Positions 26,441 to 31,036 of a DNA stretch of 31,036 nt are shown in pieces. Made by a program: the position numbers and the translations under genes. How positions within the stretch are numbered: the first letter of the stretch is position 1; the number at the start of each line of letters is the position of its first letter. Source of the stretch: a virus. Lineage: Duplodnaviria > Caudoviricetes. The notes beneath the pieces were generated by a model. The model was not told where the DNA came from. It searched no databases and saw only the letters and a program-made list of their open reading frames with translations. Location: positions 1-31,036 of IMG/VR virus record IMGVR_UViG_3300020043_004265, one strand, 5' to 3'.

Positions 26441-27199
26441 TTATTTTTTTGCCCAGGCAGGTAAACCGATAACGTGAATTGCAGCTTCTTCTGTGTAACC
26501 GTGCCAGTTCTCAGTTTTGAGGCATTTTTTGTAGGTTTCGATATCTGCGAGATATTCTGCTCTGCCGATTGCGATGGACTCTTCATCAAGTTCATAAATT
26601 TCGCAATTGAACGGAGCTTCCTTCTCTACTGCAATGAAGAAGAATCTTTTTGCATTGGTCAAGTCCATATACATTGCGGCCTGTACGTGATAGCGGAAGT
26701 TCCAAACAGACTTTGCAAATTCAGTTGGACTTGCATCGTTGGTGGTCTTGAGGTCAATCAGTACGTTAAACTTGGTATTATAAAAATCGGGTTTACACTT
26801 TGCAGGCATACCACCGAGCTGACCAAATACTGGTATTTCTGCAACACCTTCAGAAAGGAGTGCTGCTGCCTTTGGATGCTTGGCAACTGACTGAGCAATA
26901 AGCAATGCCTGTTCGTGCTGTTCTGATGTTACAATCAGCTCCTTACCTTCTGCCGTTTCAAGGAATGCCTCGTATAACATCTTGCCTTCTTTGGTTCTGC
27001 GGTCACAAGATGGCATAATAGCATAATCATCCTGGTCGAATAGCACAGAATGCACAAGGCTACCGAAGTTCATTGCTGATGTTGGTTCTTTCTTCTCACC
27101 TTGAATATAGGCTTGGAAATGAGCAGGTGATTTGTGGAGTTGATCGAGTGAAGATTTGCTCAGGTACTCGACCATTGAGTGATACTGTTTGTTTGTCAT
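26441..27199 (-). CDS. RecE/ExoVIII-like PD-(D/E)XK exonuclease (DUF3799-like)
   Basis: YH....LSKSSL, FGSLVH, KCKPD, IDLKTT, YHVQAAMY, FIAVEK. Confidence 0.9.
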   Translation of the reverse strand: MTNKQYHSMVEYLSKSSLDQLHKSPAHFQAYIQGEKKEPTSAMNFGSLVHSVLFDQDDYAIMPSCDRRTKEGKMLYEAFLETAEGKELIVTSEQHEQALLIAQSVAKHPKAAALLSEGVAEIPVFGQLGGMPAKCKPDFYNTKFNVLIDLKTTNDASPTEFAKSVWNFRYHVQAAMYMDLTNAKRFFFIAVEKEAPFNCEIYELDEESIAIGRAEYLADIETYKKCLKTENWHGYTEEAAIHVIGLPAWAKK

Positions 27200-27207
27200 T
27201 GGTAGTT
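27199..27207 (-). promoter_or_regulatory. AACTACC leader motif, copy 6
   Basis: AAAAAATAACTACC-A-ATG(27199). Confidence 0.75.
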
Positions 27208-27236
27208 ATTTTTTAAAATTTTAACGAATTGTTACA

Positions 27237-27264
27237 CAAAGATAATAAAATATTATTACATTTG
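27237..27264. promoter_or_regulatory. Divergent -7 boxes sharing an operator
   Basis: TATCTTTG (minus, 27244-27237), TAATAAAATATTATTAC (27243-27259), TACATTTG (plus, 27257-27264). Confidence 0.75.
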
Positions 27265-27303
27265 CACTATCAAACAATATTTTTTCAAAAATCTTAAAAA
27301 AAA

Positions 27304-27516
27304 ATGAAGACTTACCAAAAAATCAAGGAACGAGCAGATCGTGCAGGCATCAGCATCCGTGAGTTGTGCCGCAGAACAGGCATTCACAAACAGACATTGG
27401 ACAAATGGAGCAGAGTTGAACCGCAGACATTGATGTATTTAGAGCGCATAAATGACGAGCTTGGAAAACAAGAGGATGCTAACCTTAAAAAATATCTCGA
27501 TGAGCGTAAATCTTAG
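27304..27516 (+). CDS. Cro/CI-like HTH regulator
   Basis: GISIRELCRRTGIHKQTLDKW; first gene after the operator. Confidence 0.85.
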   Translation: MKTYQKIKERADRAGISIRELCRRTGIHKQTLDKWSRVEPQTLMYLERINDELGKQEDANLKKYLDERKS

Positions 27517-29179
27517 GCCATACCAGGAAGATGGTGTACAAGGCATCCGTAACAGCCTCAAAAAGAATAAAAGAGTGCTGTACGTACTACCAACAGGTGG
27601 AGGAAAAACCGAGACCTTTATTTACATAGCAGAAAGAGCGATGTCAATGGGCAAGACTGTGTTCTTCCTGGTGCATAAAAAGAACCTGGTGCGACAGATA
27701 AGCGAGCGGTGCAAAAAGTATAATCTTCGCCACGGCATTATTGCAGGTGGATATTCTAAGCAGTATTACTTGCCAGCACAGATTTGCAGCGTTCAGACCT
27801 TGAAGAACAGATTGTCTGATGTTCCAGTACCTGATTTGATTATTGTGGATGAGGCACACCATAGTAATGCAGGAACCTGGAAAACTATCTTGGATTATTA
27901 CTCCGAAATCTATACCCTTGGAGTAACAGCCACACCAATCCGAACAGATGGGCAAGGACTTGGAGATATCTTCCAGGATATGGTATTGGGTCCTACACCT
28001 GCGGAACTGGTCAAGATGGGCAACTTGGTGATGCCTGATTATTATACTTTCAAGAATCTTAAAGGATTGGAGAATGTGAAGCTCGATAAGCACGGAGAAT
28101 ACAATAAAAACGAACTTGACAAGTTGATTGAGCAATCGGGATTAGTTGGTGATGCTGTAAAGGAGTACACAAAACTCGCACCGGGTGAACCTGCGATTTA
28201 CAGTTGCATCAGTATTGCGGAATCTAAAAAGTTGGCAGATAAGTTTCGGGATGCAGGATATACAGCCGAAGCAGTTCACGGTGAGCTGAAAGATGAAGAG
28301 ATTGAGCGGATATTTAAAGGACTGGCCGACAAGACCATTAATGTGGTTACATTCTGCGACCTGATAAGCGAAGGAACAGACATTCCTGCTGTGGCTGTTG
28401 TAGGTCTATGCCGACCAACGATGTCGATGGCCTTGTACTTACAGATTGTCGGAAGAGGATTAAGGCCTTGTGAGGGCAAAGAGAAGTGCATCATATTAGA
28501 TCACGTTGGCAACATCGGCAGGCATAAGCACCCATTGATGCCAAGAGACTGGTCACTCGAAGGAATGAAGAAGAAACGCAAAAAGAAGAAACAAGAGGAA
28601 GAGAAGGAAGAGGAATATTATTTTTGTGAAAGCTGCTACTTTGTTTATGAGAAGACAGAGGAGTGCTGCCCGAAATGCGGATTGGTTAACGAGAAGAAAA
28701 AACGTGAGTTAAAAATTGTTCAAGGCATCGCAGTAAAAGACACCACCACCTTGGAAGAGTTGTTGAATAGAAAGGAGCAGCGGAAACAGCAAGGAATGAA
28801 TAAGACATTGGATGAACTGTGGGAATTTAAGAACTTGAAAGGATATAAGGACTTTTGGGTAAAGCACGTTTTTGAAAGTAGAGTATTGAAGGCAGCGGAA
28901 GATGGGAATAAAAAAATAGAAAATACAAAGAATACAAATGAAGAATTATATAAAAAATGGAAAAATACAGTTGACAAAAATTTTAATATAGAAGAAAATA
29001 TGTCATTCCAAATAAATCTTGCAGAATATAATCTTTTAAGAACCATTACAGATAAATACGGAATAACGCCTGCATCACTTTCTGAATCAGATTTAAAGGC
29101 TGCTGTTCACGTTGCCTGGAATACATTTTATAGCCTTAAAAAAGTGAATATGAAAAAAAATTATAAAAAATCTTACTAA
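27500..29179 (+). CDS. Superfamily 2 (DExH) helicase with a C-terminal Zn finger
   Basis: LRPYQ, LPTGGGKT, VDEAHH, TATP, SEGTDIP, QIVGRGLR, CESC...CPKC; ATG 27500 preferred. Confidence 0.92.
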   Translation: MSVNLRPYQEDGVQGIRNSLKKNKRVLYVLPTGGGKTETFIYIAERAMSMGKTVFFLVHKKNLVRQISERCKKYNLRHGIIAGGYSKQYYLPAQICSVQTLKNRLSDVPVPDLIIVDEAHHSNAGTWKTILDYYSEIYTLGVTATPIRTDGQGLGDIFQDMVLGPTPAELVKMGNLVMPDYYTFKNLKGLENVKLDKHGEYNKNELDKLIEQSGLVGDAVKEYTKLAPGEPAIYSCISIAESKKLADKFRDAGYTAEAVHGELKDEEIERIFKGLADKTINVVTFCDLISEGTDIPAVAVVGLCRPTMSMALYLQIVGRGLRPCEGKEKCIILDHVGNIGRHKHPLMPRDWSLEGMKKKRKKKKQEEEKEEEYYFCESCYFVYEKTEECCPKCGLVNEKKKRELKIVQGIAVKDTTTLEELLNRKEQRKQQGMNKTLDELWEFKNLKGYKDFWVKHVFESRVLKAAEDGNKKIENTKNTNEELYKKWKNTVDKNFNIEENMSFQINLAEYNLLRTITDKYGITPASLSESDLKAAVHVAWNTFYSLKKVNMKKNYKKSY

Positions 29180-29188
29180 AAGTACAAC

Positions 29189-29215
29189 GTAATAAAATAT
29201 TATTACTTACCTTTA
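29189..29215 (+). promoter_or_regulatory. Operator copy 3 with a near-consensus -7 box
   Basis: GTAATAAAATATTATTAC (29189-29206), TACCTTTA (29208-29215). Confidence 0.75.
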
Positions 29216-29243
29216 CAACCGTAATCAATTATTCACATATTAA

Positions 29244-29252
29244 AACTACCAA
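29244..29252 (+). promoter_or_regulatory. AACTACC leader motif, copy 7
   Basis: AAAACTACC-AAAGTT-ATG(29257). Confidence 0.75.
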
Positions 29253-29256
29253 AGTT

Positions 29257-29460
29257 ATGAAAAATGATACTTTTGTTGAGTTCTGCATCGAGCAGGCATT
29301 GAAACAACTTGAAACCGCAATGGAACGCTCAAGCGAAACTGCTGATATGGTTTGTGTTGACAAAGAGTACAAAGCTCACGCACAATTAGGAAGTCTTAAA
29401 ATTATTATCAAAGAAGCTGTGTACTACCTTAAAAAAGCTAAGGATGAACACGAAGCGTAA
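29257..29460 (+). CDS. Hypothetical protein
   Basis: 67 aa, follows the promoter and leader motif. Confidence 0.75.
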   Translation: MKNDTFVEFCIEQALKQLETAMERSSETADMVCVDKEYKAHAQLGSLKIIIKEAVYYLKKAKDEHEA

Positions 29461-30067
29461 ATGGACTGAGGAGGAAATGAGAATATTGCGAGAGTTGTAT
29501 CCTCATACTCGCACCGATGAATTGTGCAATATATTGAACAGGTCAGCAAGTTCTGTTTATGGCCAGGCATATTCTCACGGCATCAAAAAAAGTCAGGAGT
29601 TTATTGACTACCTTCTCAGTTTAGAAGCTGAAAGATTAAAAAAGTACGGTGCTATTACAAGATACAAGAAAGGACAAACACCTTGGAACAAAAATGTCAA
29701 AGGTTACATCGGTGCGAATGCAACAAGTTTCAAGAAAGGTCAGTTGCCTCACAACACTAAGAGCAATGGAGATACAAGATTGGACAAAGAAGGATATGTT
29801 CTTGTCAAGATTGACCACAAGAAATGGATTCGAAAACACAAGTTAGTATGGGAAGAAGCCAATGGCCCGATACCGAAAGGTCACGTTATCAGAATTAAGG
29901 ACAGAAACAAGGAGAATTTTAGCCTTGACAATATGGAGCTGATAACACAAGCTGAAAATATGAGGCGAAACACGATGCACAGATATCCTGAAGAGTTAAA
30001 GAAAACTATGAGGGCATTACATAAACTTAAAAAAACTATCAAAAAACGTGGCAAGAAACAAAATTGA
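29444..30067 (+). CDS. HNH_3-like nuclease-domain protein with an N-terminal helical DNA-binding domain
   Basis: KWTEEE..L...YP, FKKG..P.N repeats, HKLVWEEANGPIPKG....KD.N..N...DN. Confidence 0.8.
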   Translation: MNTKRKWTEEEMRILRELYPHTRTDELCNILNRSASSVYGQAYSHGIKKSQEFIDYLLSLEAERLKKYGAITRYKKGQTPWNKNVKGYIGANATSFKKGQLPHNTKSNGDTRLDKEGYVLVKIDHKKWIRKHKLVWEEANGPIPKGHVIRIKDRNKENFSLDNMELITQAENMRRNTMHRYPEELKKTMRALHKLKKTIKKRGKKQN

Positions 30068-30278
30068 GGATTTGAGAAACCTGCTATTTGAGCAGATTGA
30101 AAAGTTGATGGATGATGAATCCGATACTGAGAAAGAAACAGCAAGAGCGGAAGCCATTGCGAATCTTGCAAGTGTAATTGTCAGCTCTGCGAAGGTAGAG
30201 ATTGATTTTCTTAAAATGATGGGCAATGAAGGTACCGGTACTGGATTTATTCCTGTCGAAAAAAAGCAATTAGAATGA
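30048..30278 (+). CDS. Conserved hypothetical phage protein (GTG start)
   Basis: NKIEDLRNLLFEQIE.L...ARAEAI..LA..IV.SAKVE. Confidence 0.75.
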   Translation: MARNKIEDLRNLLFEQIEKLMDDESDTEKETARAEAIANLASVIVSSAKVEIDFLKMMGNEGTGTGFIPVEKKQLE

Positions 30279-30718
30279 AAAAAATATTTATCTTGGCAGC
30301 CTTTTCTCTTGGATTAGGCTGCCAAAAACCCGAAACAAGGATTGTAACTGAAACGGTTATAATTTACCGTGATACTTGTGATAGTCAGTTTATGGCGAAA
30401 ATTGGACAAATTGAGACCAATAACATCGACAGCGTTATTGGTGATGGTGGCAGAGCTTATGGTAGATATCAGATGCACGATATTTGCGTGAAAGGTTCGG
30501 GATTAAAAGACTTGCTTGGATATACTCACAAGGATATGTTTGACAGCAGCAAGGCAGAACACGTATTTTGGGCAGCTATGGGAGTTCACTCGCATACCTT
30601 TGCGCAAAGAAATGGCAGATATCCAAGCTACGAAGAACTTGCAAGGATGTGGAATGGTGGCCCGAATGGATATCAGATGCAAGCAACATTAAAGTACCTG
30701 GAAAAATTTAGAAAATGA
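30275..30718 (+). CDS. Lysozyme-fold (destabilase/transglycosylase-like) lipoprotein
   Basis: Lipobox-like LGLGC; IGQIET (catalytic Glu candidate), GDGGRAYGRYQM, ARMWNGGPNG. Confidence 0.75.
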   Translation: MKKIFILAAFSLGLGCQKPETRIVTETVIIYRDTCDSQFMAKIGQIETNNIDSVIGDGGRAYGRYQMHDICVKGSGLKDLLGYTHKDMFDSSKAEHVFWAAMGVHSHTFAQRNGRYPSYEELARMWNGGPNGYQMQATLKYLEKFRK

Positions 30719-31036
30719 AAGAGCAAACACAGTATGACCGAATCAGAGCAGCTCACGCAACAAAAGGAGTGCTATTTCGAAACAATGTCGGCACAGCATA
30801 TCAAGGGCAGATGGGCAGCATAAGCGGTGACAGAGTTTTGCTTTACCCACGTTTTGTTGAGTTCGGATTGTGCAAAGGTAGTTCCGATTTGATTGGATGG
30901 ACTGAGATAACAATCACTCCTGATATGGTAGGCAAACGTATTGCAGTCTTCACAGCAGTCGAAGTAAAAACAAAGACTGGCAGAGTAAGTGATGAACAGA
31001 AACGATTCATAAAAAATGTTAATGATGCAGGCGGCA
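30715..31036 (+). CDS. VRR-NUC domain nuclease (3'-truncated by the window)
   Basis: LFRNNVG, GSSDLIG, AVEVKTKTGRVSDEQ..FI..V..AGG. Confidence 0.9.
   Translation, partial: MKEQTQYDRIRAAHATKGVLFRNNVGTAYQGQMGSISGDRVLLYPRFVEFGLCKGSSDLIGWTEITITPDMVGKRIAVFTAVEVKTKTGRVSDEQKRFIKNVNDAGG

Larger units (their letters stand above)
1..31036. mobile_element. Tailed phage (Caudoviricetes, siphovirus-like), partial genome; probable Bacteroidetes host
   Basis: Terminase, portal, ClpP protease, capsid, tape measure, lysis and recombination genes with no host housekeeping genes. TAnnTTTG promoter boxes and SD-less A-rich leaders. Confidence 0.95.

Noticed and set aside
27304-27516. Evidence of a temperate lifestyle
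   Set aside because: An HTH and operators are present, but no integrase, att site or host flank is in the window; lifestyle is undetermined
30034-30050. Variant AACTATC 7 nt before GTG 30048 (also at 11120)
   Set aside because: One core mismatch, inside Lys-rich coding sequence; possible but not supportable
16522-30883. Other AACTACC/GGTAGTT copies at 16522, 16699, 23794 and 30877
   Set aside because: Mid-CDS, 7-nt core only, no nearby start; a few such hits are expected by chance

Overview
Most of a tailed dsDNA phage genome, siphovirus-like, with a probable Bacteroidetes host. Host evidence: TAnnTTTG promoter boxes, A-rich start regions without Shine-Dalgarno sites, and a sigma factor of the Bacteroidetes primary-sigma type. 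Virion, packaging and lysis genes lie on the minus strand in two blocks. Block 25379->12419 holds TerS, TerL, a frameshifted tail chaperone, tail genes, endolysin, tape measure and a spanin-like pair. Block 8913->47 holds a ClpP protease/scaffold, capsid, tail tube, portal, adaptor, fibres and a holin-like protein. A plus-strand accessory module (9056-12450) with a sigma factor splits the two blocks. The right part has a repeat-rich putative origin, Sak/RecE-like recombination genes, a Cro-like HTH, an SF2 helicase, an HNH protein, a lysozyme-like lipoprotein and VRR-NUC. No integrase, RT, tRNA or CRISPR was seen. Main discovery: AACTACC(AA) sits 1-6 nt before the start codon of seven non-structural genes, and its exact complement (UUGGUAGUU) is displayed in the loops of two intergenic hairpins (25515-25543 minus, 10891-10913 plus). 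This suggests a multi-target, phage-encoded RNA translation-control system layered on a 3-copy operator. All product calls come from motif recognition by eye, not database searches.
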